Assembly: GCA_964628035.1 (NCBI GenBank)
Contig: CAZVPI010000013.1
Span: forward strand, 3,251-67,250
DNA: 64,000 nucleotides
From: an uncultured Clostridia bacterium
GTDB taxonomy: Bacteria > Acidobacteriota > Aminicenantia > UBA2199
Direction of reading: 5' to 3'
This document shows positions 1 through 9,645 of this stretch, piece after piece; within the stretch, counting starts at the first letter, position 1; the number at the start of each line of letters is the position of its first letter. A program made the translations under genes and the position numbers. A model generated the notes under the pieces. That model saw nothing but the letters and a program-made list of their open reading frames with translations, did no database searches and was not told where the DNA came from.

Positions 1-2
1 AA

Positions 3-3000
3 ATGAAGAAAAGAGAAGCGGGCAAAGAGAAGAAGAAGTCATTGAAAAAAAAGGCAACTAAAGGGCAAAACAAAGCGGGCAAGGCAAGCGAGCCACTGCG
101 GGTGCTGATCCTGGAGGACAGCGCCGCCGACGCCGAGCTGATGGAGCGCCAACTGCGGCGGGAGAAGACCGCGTACAGGTTCCTGCGGGCCGAGACGCGC
201 GCCGGATTCCTGAAGGGGCTGAAGAAGTTCAAGCCCGCTCTCATCCTGGCCGACTACACCCTGCCCGGGTTCGACGCCGTGAGGGCCCTGGCACTCGCAA
301 GGAAGCAGGATCCCCTGCTTCCCTTCATCATCGTCACCGGCTCCATCGGCGAGGAAAAGGCGGTGGCCTGCCTGCGCGCCGGGGCCGACGACTATCTGCT
401 CAAGGATCGCCTTGGACGCCTCGGCGAGGCGATGCGCCAGGCCCTGGAGCGAAGCCGGCAGCGGGGTGAAAGTGCCGCCATGCAGGAAACGCTGGTTGCC
501 AGCGAAGAGCTGCTGCGCGCCTTCATCAACTCCAGCACCGACATGGCCTTCCTCAAGGACGCCCGCTTTCGCCTCCTCGTCGCCAACCAGGCCCTGTGCC
601 GCTTTTTCGGCCGGACGCAAGAAGAGATCCTGGGGCGCACCGACCACCAGTTGATGGAACCGAAGGCGGCCGCCCGCTGCCGCCGCTCCGACCGCCTAGC
701 CTTGAAGGAGGGCGGGATAGTCGTTCAGGAGGAGACGGTAGGCGGCCGCGTGTTCGAAACGCGCAAGTTCCCGGTGCAGTTGGCCGACGGCAGCCGCGGC
801 GTGGGCGCTTACATCCGCGACATTACCGAGAACAGGAAGCTGGAGGCGGCGATCCGCCAGCGCGCCGACGAATGGATCGCCACTTTCGATTCCATCCGCG
901 ATCCCATCGCCCTGTTTGACGCCAAGGGCACCGTGCATCGCTGCAACCGAGCGTTTGCTCTTCTGTCCGGAAAGCCCTTCAAGCAAATCATCGGCCGGCC
1001 TTGCCACCTGTTCGCCGCCGCCGCGGGCGCCTCCTGCCAGTTCCTGCGCCGGGCGCTGAAATCGCACCGCCCCCTGCGCGCCGAAGTGGAACTCGCCGGC
1101 CGCTGGTTCGAACTGGCGATCGATCCGCTGTCAGGAGCCGCAAACAAGTTCCAGGGGGTGGTGCTGGCAATGAAGGACGTCAGCGAGCGCAGGCGGACCG
1201 AGGACGAGCGGTGCCGGCTTTCGCTGGCCGTCGAGCAGAGTCCTACAGCGGTGATCATCACCGATCCGGAAGGCCGGATCGAGTTCGTCAATTCCAAGTT
1301 CTCTGAGCTTACCGGTTACGCTCCGGCCGAAGTTCTGGGAAAGAACCCGCGGCTGCTCAAGTCGGGAGATACTCCGGCCGGCGAATACCGACGGCTATGG
1401 CGGACGATCCGCCGCGGAGGCACCTGGCGCGGCGAGTTCCACAATCGCCGCAAGGACGGCTCTCTGTATTGGGAGCGGGTTGCGATCTCCCCGGTTCTGG
1501 ACGGCCGGGGGCGGATCAACCATTACGTGGCTGTCAAGGAGGACGTCACCCAGCAGAAGCGAACCAACGATTCCCTGCGCGAGAGCGAGAACCGCTTCGC
1601 CGCCTTCTTCCGCTCCAATCCCGGCCCCATCGCCATCACCCGCCTGGACGACCACCGCATCCTCGACGTCAACGAGGCCTGGCAGAACGTCACCGGCTAC
1701 AGCCGCGACGAGGCCATCGGCCGCACGCCGACCGAGCTCGCGCTGTGGCCCGAGCCGGCGGCGCGCCAGCGCATAGTCGACGCCGTGCGTGCCGGCGCAT
1801 CCGTCCACAACTTGGAGATCAACATCCAGCGCAAAGACGGCGAAACACGGCGAATCCTGATGTCGGCCGACCGCATCGTCGTCGGCGGCAGCGCCTGCAT
1901 GATCACCATGGCCCTGGACATCAGCCAGCGCAAGCGCGCCGAGGACTCCCTGCGCGAGATGAACGAGATCTTCCGCCAGTTCCTCAGATACAACCCCCTA
2001 TACGTCTTTATCAAGGACGAGAACATCCGCTCCGTCTTCCTGAGCGACAACTACGAGCGCATGCTCGGACGCCCCCTTACCGAGATCATCGGAAAAACGA
2101 TGGACGAGTTGTTTCCCTCCGCGCTTTCGCGCCAGATGATCGAGGACGACAAGGGCATCCTGCGCGACGGCGCGGTGCGCGAGTTCCAGGAGGAGCTGCA
2201 CGGGCGGATCTATTCCACCATCAAGTTCCCGATCATCATCGACGGCAAGGCCAAGTACCTGGCCGGCTACACCATGGACATCACCGAGCGCACGCGCGCC
2301 GAGGATCTGCTGCGCGAGCGCGACCAGCTGCTGCAGAACCTGTCGGCCCAGATCCCGGGCATGATCTACACCTTCCTGCGCCGGCCCGACGGCAGCTACG
2401 CGCTCCCCTACTGCTCGAACATCATCCGCGAGATCTTCGGCATCGCCCCCCAGGACGTGTGCGAGGACGCCACACCGATCTTCGCCGCCATTTACCCCGA
2501 GGACCTCCCGGGAACCGTGTCTTCCATCGAGAAGTCGGCGCGGGACATGTCTCTCTGGCAGCACGAGTTCCGCGTCCAGGCCCCCGGCCAGCCGCCGAGC
2601 TGGATATGGGCGCGCTCCCAGCCTTTCCACTTGGCCGACGGTTCCATACTCTGGTACGGATTCATCGCCGACATCACCGAGCGCAAGCAGGCCGAGGAGC
2701 GTCTGGCCGCCTCGCTGAAGGAGAAGGAGATTCTGCTCAAGGAGATCCATCACCGGGTCAAGAACAACCTGCAGGTCATTTCCGGCCTGCTGACGCTGCA
2801 GGCGGGGCAAACCGATGACCCACGCCTGGCGCGCCTGGTCCAGGAGAGCCAGTCGCGAATCTGGACCATGGCCCTGATCCACCAGACCCTGTACCAGTCG
2901 GGCGACCTGGCGGCCATCGAGATGGCCGAGTATGTCCGCACGCTCGCCGGCAACCTGATCAGTTCCCAGGCCCGGGTGGCCATGCCCCCCTCCTGCCGCT

Positions 3001-3359
3001 GCGACGTGGAGCCGCTGCGCCTGCCCATCGACCAGGCCATCCCCCTGGCGCTGATCATCAACGAGCTCCTGACCAACGCCCTGAAGCACGCCTTTCCCGA
3101 CGGACGGCCAGGCGAGATCCGTATCCGCCTGCGCTCCCTGCTGCCCCCGGATGCCGGTCAGTGCGAGCTGATCGTCGCCGACGACGGCGTCGGCCTGCCC
3201 ACGGGCTTCGATCCCGGCGAGCAGAAGCACCTGGGCCTGCTGCTGATCGCCATGCTAGCCAGGCAGATCCGCGGCACCCTGGCCTGCGAGCAGGACAACG
3301 GCGCCCGCTTCCGCATCCGCTTCCCGCTCCAGGAAAGAAATGGAGAGCACCATGGTTGA
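3..3359 (+). CDS. Hybrid signal-transduction protein: N-terminal receiver (REC), about six tandem PAS domains, HisKA_2-type histidine kinase core plus HATPase_c. The 5' end touches the window edge.
   Basis: REC motif LRVLILEDSAADAEL...LILADYTLPG...IIVTG. Repeated PAS blocks with D..GR....N patterns. H-box EIHHRVKNNLQVISGLLTLQ is typical of HisKA_2. ATP-lid motifs (DDGVGLP...G.GL) follow. The ATG at 3 may not be the true start. Confidence 0.85.
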   Translation: MKKREAGKEKKKSLKKKATKGQNKAGKASEPLRVLILEDSAADAELMERQLRREKTAYRFLRAETRAGFLKGLKKFKPALILADYTLPGFDAVRALALARKQDPLLPFIIVTGSIGEEKAVACLRAGADDYLLKDRLGRLGEAMRQALERSRQRGESAAMQETLVASEELLRAFINSSTDMAFLKDARFRLLVANQALCRFFGRTQEEILGRTDHQLMEPKAAARCRRSDRLALKEGGIVVQEETVGGRVFETRKFPVQLADGSRGVGAYIRDITENRKLEAAIRQRADEWIATFDSIRDPIALFDAKGTVHRCNRAFALLSGKPFKQIIGRPCHLFAAAAGASCQFLRRALKSHRPLRAEVELAGRWFELAIDPLSGAANKFQGVVLAMKDVSERRRTEDERCRLSLAVEQSPTAVIITDPEGRIEFVNSKFSELTGYAPAEVLGKNPRLLKSGDTPAGEYRRLWRTIRRGGTWRGEFHNRRKDGSLYWERVAISPVLDGRGRINHYVAVKEDVTQQKRTNDSLRESENRFAAFFRSNPGPIAITRLDDHRILDVNEAWQNVTGYSRDEAIGRTPTELALWPEPAARQRIVDAVRAGASVHNLEINIQRKDGETRRILMSADRIVVGGSACMITMALDISQRKRAEDSLREMNEIFRQFLRYNPLYVFIKDENIRSVFLSDNYERMLGRPLTEIIGKTMDELFPSALSRQMIEDDKGILRDGAVREFQEELHGRIYSTIKFPIIIDGKAKYLAGYTMDITERTRAEDLLRERDQLLQNLSAQIPGMIYTFLRRPDGSYALPYCSNIIREIFGIAPQDVCEDATPIFAAIYPEDLPGTVSSIEKSARDMSLWQHEFRVQAPGQPPSWIWARSQPFHLADGSILWYGFIADITERKQAEERLAASLKEKEILLKEIHHRVKNNLQVISGLLTLQAGQTDDPRLARLVQESQSRIWTMALIHQTLYQSGDLAAIEMAEYVRTLAGNLISSQARVAMPPSCRCDVEPLRLPIDQAIPLALIINELLTNALKHAFPDGRPGEIRIRLRSLLPPDAGQCELIVADDGVGLPTGFDPGEQKHLGLLLIAMLARQIRGTLACEQDNGARFRIRFPLQERNGEHHG

Positions 3360-6300
3360 CGGGCGGCTGCGCGTCCTGCTGCTGGAGGACAACCCGGCCG
3401 ACGCCGAACTGGTCGAGCACGAACTGCGCCGGGGCAACCTGGAGGCGGACGTGCGCCTGACAACGGGCAAGCGCGAATTCGCCAAAGCCCTGAAGGACTT
3501 CCAACCCGACCTCATCCTCGCCGACTACAACGTGCCCGGCTTCTCTGGCCTGGACACGCTGGCCATGGCGCGGTCAGTAGCGCCGCAGGCGCCGTTCCTG
3601 TTCGTGTCGGGCTCGATCCGCGAGGAGCTGGCCATCGAGTCGCTCGCCCAGGGGGCCTCGGACTACATCTTCAAGAGCAACCTGGAGCGCCTGGTCCCGG
3701 CCGTGCGCCGCGTGCTGGCCGCCGCCGATCTGCAGCGTCGGAACCAGATCACGGAAAGAATGCTGCGCGAGAGCGAGACGAAATACCGCTCGCTGGTAGC
3801 GCAAAGCCCCGACGGCATCTTCATCGCCGACCTGAACGGGCGCTTCCTGTCGGTGAACCCGGCCATCTGCGCCACTCTGGGCTACCGCGAGGACGAGCTG
3901 CTGGGACGCAGCATCTGGGACATCATTCCGGCCGCCTACCGCCCGCTGCACGAACAAAGGCTGGCCGGCATTCTGCGCGGCAAGGAGCAGCGGGAAGCGG
4001 CGGAATATCTCGTAAAAGGCCGGGAGGGCGAGGAGCATGCCGTCGCCATCCTGTCGGCCCCGTTTTACAAGGACGGCGCCCTGATCGGCTTCCAGGGGAT
4101 TGCCCGCGACATCACCGAAAGGAAGAAGATGGAGGACCGCCTGCGCGAGTCCGAGGAGTATTACCGCACGCTGGTGGAAACCTCCCCCGACGCCATTGTC
4201 ATCGTCGACGCCGGGGGGCGGATCACGTACGCCTCACGGCGGGCCTACGGACTCTTCGGCGTCCCGGCCGGCGACGACATCCGCGGGACCTCCATCCTCA
4301 ACTTCGTCCAGGAGCAGGAAGCCCGCGCCGTGGAGGAGAGGCTGGCCGCGATCCTGTCCGGCCTTGAGCTCCCCGAGGTCCGCGAATACCGGCTGCTGCG
4401 CCGGGACCGCCGGCCGTTCTGGGGAGAAGTCGCCTCCTCCCCGCTCCAGAACGCCAAGGGGCACCGGACCGGGCTGCTGCTCGTCTGCCGCGACGTCAGC
4501 CAGCGCAGGGACACCGAGCTCAAGCTGCAGCAGGCGCTGGCCGAGGCGCAGCGCCTGCGCCAGGCGCTGGACCAGGTGCCGGTCCAAGTCTACATGAAGG
4601 ACCTGTAATCGCGCTACGTCTACGCCAACCAGCAGACCCTCAAGCTCTTCGGCTGCTCCGCCCTGGAGCTGGCCGGGAAGAGCGACCAGGACTTCTTCCC
4701 CCCCGAGACCGCGCGCCTGCTCCGCGACGTGGACCGCCGGGTGTTCGCCGGCGAATCGACGGTCGAGGAGATCGCGGTGCCGGACCCGCACAAGGGGGAA
4801 ACGCTCTATCACGAGGTCAAGACGCCGATCTACGCCGACCCGGATTCCAAGCGGATCACCGGCCTGCTGGGGATCTCCACCGACATCACCGAACGCAGGC
4901 GCTACGTCGAGGCGCTGCGCGAGAGCGAGCGCAAATACCGGCTGATCGCCGACAACACCGCCGAGACCATCACGGTGATGGACATGGGGCTGCGCTTCAC
5001 CTATGTCAGTCCCGCCATCGCCCGCCTACGGGGCTTCACGGTCGAGGAGGCCATGAAGCAGTCCCTGGAACAGGTCCTGGCGCCCGATTCGCTGGCCCTC
5101 GTGCGGCAGGTCCTGCAGGAGGAGCTGGGCCGAGAGGAAGCCGGCAGCGGAAGTCCCCACCGCAGCCGGACCCTCGAACTCCAGGAGCGCCACAAGGACG
5201 GCCGGCTCATCTGGGTCGAGAACTCCATCTCCATCCTCCGCGACGCCCAGGGAGCGCCCATCGGCTTCCTTGCCGTCTCCAAGGACGTCACCGAGCGCAA
5301 GCGGGCCGAGGAGCAGATCCGCTACCAGGCCGACCTGCTGCAGCGGGTGAGCGACGCCATCATCGCCACCGATCGCGAGGGGCGCATCCAGGTATGGAAT
5401 GCGGCGGCCCAGCGCATTTACGGCTGGACCGCCAGCGAAGCGATCGGCCGGAACTTTCATGAGCTGCTCGCCCCGGAGTACTTCACCCAGAGCCGGGAGG
5501 AAGTCGCCGGCAAGCTGGCCCGCGACGGGGCCTGGTCGGGCGAGCTCAGCCACCGCTTATGCGACGGCCGGCGCATCCAGGTCCACAGCACCATCACACT
5601 CCTGAGGGACTCCTTCGGCGCGGAAAGCGGCCGGGTTTCGATCAATCACGACATCAGTGAGCGCCTGCGGGCCGAAGCGGCGCTGCGCCACAGCGAGAAT
5701 CTTTTAAGCAAGATCTTCGACATACTGCCCATAGGCCTCTGGCTAGCCGATGGCCAGGGCCGGCTGGTGCGCAGCAACCGGGCCGGGCGCGAGATCTGGG
5801 GGGCCGAACCGCTGGTCGGCGCCGGCGACTACGGCGTGTTCAGGGCCCGCCGGCTGCCCGGGGGGGAAGAGATCGCGCCCGAGGACTGGGCGCTGGCCCA
5901 TTCCATCCGAGAAAGGATCACCGTTACCGACGAGATGCTCGAGATCGACACCTTCGACGGCCAGAAAAAAACCATCTTGAACTACACGGCGCCGGTGCTC
6001 GACGAGGAGGGCCGCGTGGAAGCGGCCATCGTCGTCAACCTCGACATCAGCGCCCGCAGGCAGGCGGAGGAGAGCATCCGCGCCTCGCTGCGGGAGAAGG
6101 ATGTTCTGCTGCAAGAGATCCATCACCGCGTCAAGAACAACCTGCAGATCGTCTCCGGCCTGCTGACCCTGCAGGCCGGATCTGTCGCGGATCCGGCCGT
6201 TGAGGAAATCCTCCGCTCCAGCCAGGACCGCATCCGCTCCATCGCCCTGGTGCACGAAAAGCTGTACCGCTCGCACAACCTGGCGGAAATCGCCTTCGAT

Positions 6301-6783
6301 GAGTACCTGCGCTCACTGGCCCACGAACTTCTCATCTCTCAAGGAATCGAGAGCAGCCGCATCCAGGTCCGCTTCGACACCGAGCCCATCCTGCTGGCCA
6401 TCGACAAGGCGATCCCGCTGGGTCTGATCGTCAATGAGCTTCTGACCAACTCCATCAAACACGCATTCACCAACGGAGGCTGCGGAACGATCCGCATCGG
6501 CTTGCGCGGCCGGAGGGAATTCCATTTTTCCGGCGTCAAAACCGATAGCGGCACGCTGTACCGCTGCTCCGCATACGAACTGTCCATCGAGGACGACGGC
6601 GTCGGGATGAGGCTTCCCGGCCCGGCCGCCCCCGCGAAATCATTGGGCATGCAACTGGTGACCATGCTCGCCAGCCAACTCCGCGCGGAACTGAAGGTTG
6701 AGAGGGGGCCGGGCACGCGCTTCATACTCAACCTGCCGGGACTGCCCGGCGCCCCCGACCCCGGCAAGACCCGGAACGGATAG
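3340..6783 (+). pseudogene. REC - PAS array - HisKA_2 kinase - HATPase_c gene interrupted by an in-frame TAA at 4606-4608. The ORF track splits it into 3340..4608 and 4729..6783, both in frame 1.
   Basis: Both pieces are in the same reading frame. The stop sits in the middle of a PAS core (MKDL*SRYVYANQQTLKLFG) and PAS-like coding continues across it. The downstream piece retains an intact H-box EIHHRVKNNLQIVSGLLTLQ and an ATPase domain. Alternative start at 3352 (MVDGRL), which has a GGAGAG RBS 4 nt upstream. Confidence 0.7.
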
Positions 6784-6793
6784 GAGAGGAACC

Positions 6794-9043
6794 ATGGCCA
6801 AATCCCGGATCCTGATCGTAGAGGATGAGGCGATCATCGCCTCGGTCATCGCCTCGGCGCTGCGCAAGTTCGACTACGAGGTGGTCGACATCCTCGACAA
6901 CGGCCCCGACGCGGTGGCCGTCGCGCTGGAGAAGCGTCCTGACCTGCTGCTGATGGACATCCGCATCCACGGCGACATGGACGGCATCAGCGTCGTCGAG
7001 CAGGTGCAGCGCCAGGCTGATATCCCGGTCATCTACCTCACTGCCTACGCCGACGACTCCACCCTGGAACGGGCCAAGCGCACAAAGCCCTACGGCTACA
7101 TCCCCAAACCCTTCCAGGAGATCGAGCTGCGCACCTCCATCGAAATGGCGCTGTACAAGCACGGCTTCGAACTGAAGTTGCGCGAGAGCGAAGCGCGCTT
7201 CCGCTCTCTGTTCGAGAACTCCCAGGACGTCATCTACATCAACGACCGCGACGGAGCGATGACAGAGATGAATCCGGCCGGATTGGCGCTGTTCGGATTC
7301 ACCCGCGAGGAGATCACTGGCGCCCAGGTGGATTTCCTGTATCAGGATCCCGCTGACCGACGCGCCTTCCTGGACGAGGTCCGCAAAAGGGAGCGGGTGA
7401 AGGACTACGAGATCCGCCTGCACAACAAGCAGGGCGAGCCCATCCTGGGACTGGTCACGGCCAATGTCATGCGCGACTCGAACGGCGGCTTTTCCGGTAT
7501 CCAGGGCATCATCCGCGACATCACCGAGAGGCGCAAGCGCGAGGAGACGCTACTTCTTCTGCAGACGGCCATTGACGCCTCCAGCGAGGCGGTGCTCATC
7601 ACCGACAACCGGGGAGCGATCGTCTACGGCAATGCCGCGGTGGAGACCATGACCGGCTATCCTCCCGTCGAGTACCTCGGCATGAACTTCAGCGAACTCG
7701 GCACCCGGATCGATTTTCCGGACGAGAAGATTCGCGAGATGTGGCAACGGATCCAGGGCGGACACTCCTGGAGCGGCGAGTTCCTCAAGCGCCGTAAGGA
7801 CGGTTCGATCTATCACCAGCGGACCATGATCTCGCCGGTGTGCACTGCCGACGGCCCGCCCAGCCACTACGTGAGCATCGCCTCCGACATCACCCGCGAG
7901 AAGAAACTCGAGGAGCAGATGCTGCAGGCGGCCAAGATGGACTCACTGGGGATGCTGGCCAGCGGCATTGCCCACGATTTCAACAACTATCTGGCCATCA
8001 TCAACGGCTACTCGGAGATGCTGCTTGCCGAGAACGAGGGCGGCAAGGACGCCGAGAACCTGAAGATCATCCTGCAAACGGGGAAAAGCGCCTCCAAGCT
8101 GGTGTCCAAGATCCTGGGCTTCAGCCGCCGCCAGGCGCCGGCGCCCGCCGTCCTGGAGGTGAACGCACTTCTAGTCGAGTTGGAACGCATGCTGCGCCGG
8201 CTGTTGGGCGAACGCGTCGAATTCCGCCTCGACCTCGCCCCCGATGCCGGCCGCATCTTCATGGACCCAGGCCAGCTCGAGCAGGCGCTCATTAACCTGG
8301 TCATCAATGCCCGCGACGCGATGCCCCAGGGCGGCACGCTGCGGCTGGCCTCGGCGTTTGTCCGGCTCGACGAGCAGGCCACCGCCCAGCACCCAGGGCT
8401 GAGCGCCGGCGACTATGCGGAGATATGCGTCGCCGACAATGGCGTCGGCATGGAGCCGCAGGTGCTGGCGCGCATCTTTGAGCCCTTCTTCACCACCAAG
8501 CCGGCCGGCGAGGGGACGGGGCTGGGCCTGGCCCTGGTGTTCGGCATCATCCATCAGAACGGCGGCTCCGTGTGGGTCGACAGCAAGCCGGGGAAAGGGT
8601 CGACCTTCCACGTCCTGCTCCCGCAATCGTTCGGCAGAGAGATCAGCGAGCCGGAGCACCGTCCCGGACGTCGTTTTGACGGCCGCATGGTGCTGCTCAT
8701 CGAGGACGAACCGAGCCTCCGCCAGTTTCTTCACGCCATCCTGGAGACGCTGGGCCTGCGGGTGTGTGAGGCTGGTGACGGCGAACTGGGGCTGAAGACC
8801 GCCGAAGGGATGCCTCATCTTGACCTGCTGTTCTGCGACGTTGTACTGCCCGGCCTCTCGGGCGTCGAGGTGGCCGAGCGCATCCGCAAAATCCATCCTC
8901 AGGCCGCCGTGATTCTCAGCTCGGGCCAGGGAGAAAATTACCTGAAGCGCGCCGGCCTCGACGTGGACAAGGTTCACTTCCTCCCCAAGCCCAGCTCGCG
9001 CCGGGCGATCGAGAAGGCGATCGCCGAGGCGCTGGGTGAATGA
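6794..9043 (+). CDS. Hybrid sensor histidine kinase: REC - PAS - PAS - HisKA (classical H-box) - HATPase_c - C-terminal REC.
   Basis: ATG at 6794 preceded by GGAGAGG. N-terminal REC (RILIVEDEAIIAS...LLLMDIRI). H-box LASGIAHDFNNYLAIINGY. N/G1/G2 boxes (NLVINARDAM, DNGVGM, GTGLGLALV). Second REC RMVLLIEDEPSLRQ...LLFCDVVLPG. Confidence 0.85.
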   Translation: MAKSRILIVEDEAIIASVIASALRKFDYEVVDILDNGPDAVAVALEKRPDLLLMDIRIHGDMDGISVVEQVQRQADIPVIYLTAYADDSTLERAKRTKPYGYIPKPFQEIELRTSIEMALYKHGFELKLRESEARFRSLFENSQDVIYINDRDGAMTEMNPAGLALFGFTREEITGAQVDFLYQDPADRRAFLDEVRKRERVKDYEIRLHNKQGEPILGLVTANVMRDSNGGFSGIQGIIRDITERRKREETLLLLQTAIDASSEAVLITDNRGAIVYGNAAVETMTGYPPVEYLGMNFSELGTRIDFPDEKIREMWQRIQGGHSWSGEFLKRRKDGSIYHQRTMISPVCTADGPPSHYVSIASDITREKKLEEQMLQAAKMDSLGMLASGIAHDFNNYLAIINGYSEMLLAENEGGKDAENLKIILQTGKSASKLVSKILGFSRRQAPAPAVLEVNALLVELERMLRRLLGERVEFRLDLAPDAGRIFMDPGQLEQALINLVINARDAMPQGGTLRLASAFVRLDEQATAQHPGLSAGDYAEICVADNGVGMEPQVLARIFEPFFTTKPAGEGTGLGLALVFGIIHQNGGSVWVDSKPGKGSTFHVLLPQSFGREISEPEHRPGRRFDGRMVLLIEDEPSLRQFLHAILETLGLRVCEAGDGELGLKTAEGMPHLDLLFCDVVLPGLSGVEVAERIRKIHPQAAVILSSGQGENYLKRAGLDVDKVHFLPKPSSRRAIEKAIAEALGE

Positions 9044-9107
9044 CCGCGGCTCGGCCCATGGGTTCCCTAGCGCGTCCAGCCCAGCCACCTGGTCGGCCGG
9101 ACGCCGA

Positions 9108-9614
9108 TCAGATCCCGGTCAGGCTGACCTCTTTTCCCATGATCCTGACGATGCCGTAGGTGATCCCGGCCGTGACGCCGGCAGCCGGGACCCGGCCGCA
9201 GGAAATGACCAAGAAGCATGCCGGCGAGCTGCAACGGATCTGGCAACCGGGTACGTTCGAAGGCTTGGGCAGAGTGAAACGAGCCATCTGTCTCCGGGAT
9301 GCTAGAATGATCAGTGCATCGACATGGTTCTCCTTGCCGCCCCAGTGGATGCCGACGGCATTGGCGCCGGGCAGGATGTATCCGATCCGATGGGAGCCGT
9401 TATTCCCGGTCGCCTCCGACTGACAGATGCGACCGGATGCCGTCTCACGCAACAGTACGATGGCATCCGTCAACGGCCTCCTGCCGTCGTCCCCATTGAC
9501 CAATCCGCTCAGTCTGCCGGGGCGGTCATCGTTGGGGGAGGCCGCGGATACTCCGGCCAGGGAAAGCGCCAGAACGATCATGGCACCGGCCAACCGGCCT
9601 GCGGAACGATCCAT
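9108..9614 (-). CDS. Hypothetical secreted protein (N-terminal signal peptide), the last gene of the PilT-containing gene string.
   Basis: Hydrophobic N-terminus MDRSAGRLAGAMIVLALSLAGVSAAS. GGAG 8 nt upstream of the ATG. Lies 30 nt downstream of the pilT stop. No recognisable domain. Confidence 0.4.
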   Translation of the reverse strand: MDRSAGRLAGAMIVLALSLAGVSAASPNDDRPGRLSGLVNGDDGRRPLTDAIVLLRETASGRICQSEATGNNGSHRIGYILPGANAVGIHWGGKENHVDALIILASRRQMARFTLPKPSNVPGCQIRCSSPACFLVISCGRVPAAGVTAGITYGIVRIMGKEVSLTGI

Positions 9615-9645
9615 GCTTCATCTCCGCGGCCTTGTTCGATCTTCA

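Noticed and set aside
1397-2818. 473-aa plus-strand ORF in an alternate frame
   Set aside because: Lies wholly inside the first kinase gene in another frame. Pro/Arg-rich artefact.
9095-9135. Weak hairpin plus T-rich run after the 6794..9043 gene
   Set aside because: The stem is only 5 bp with a 3-nt loop, and it lies inside the 3' end of the convergent gene.
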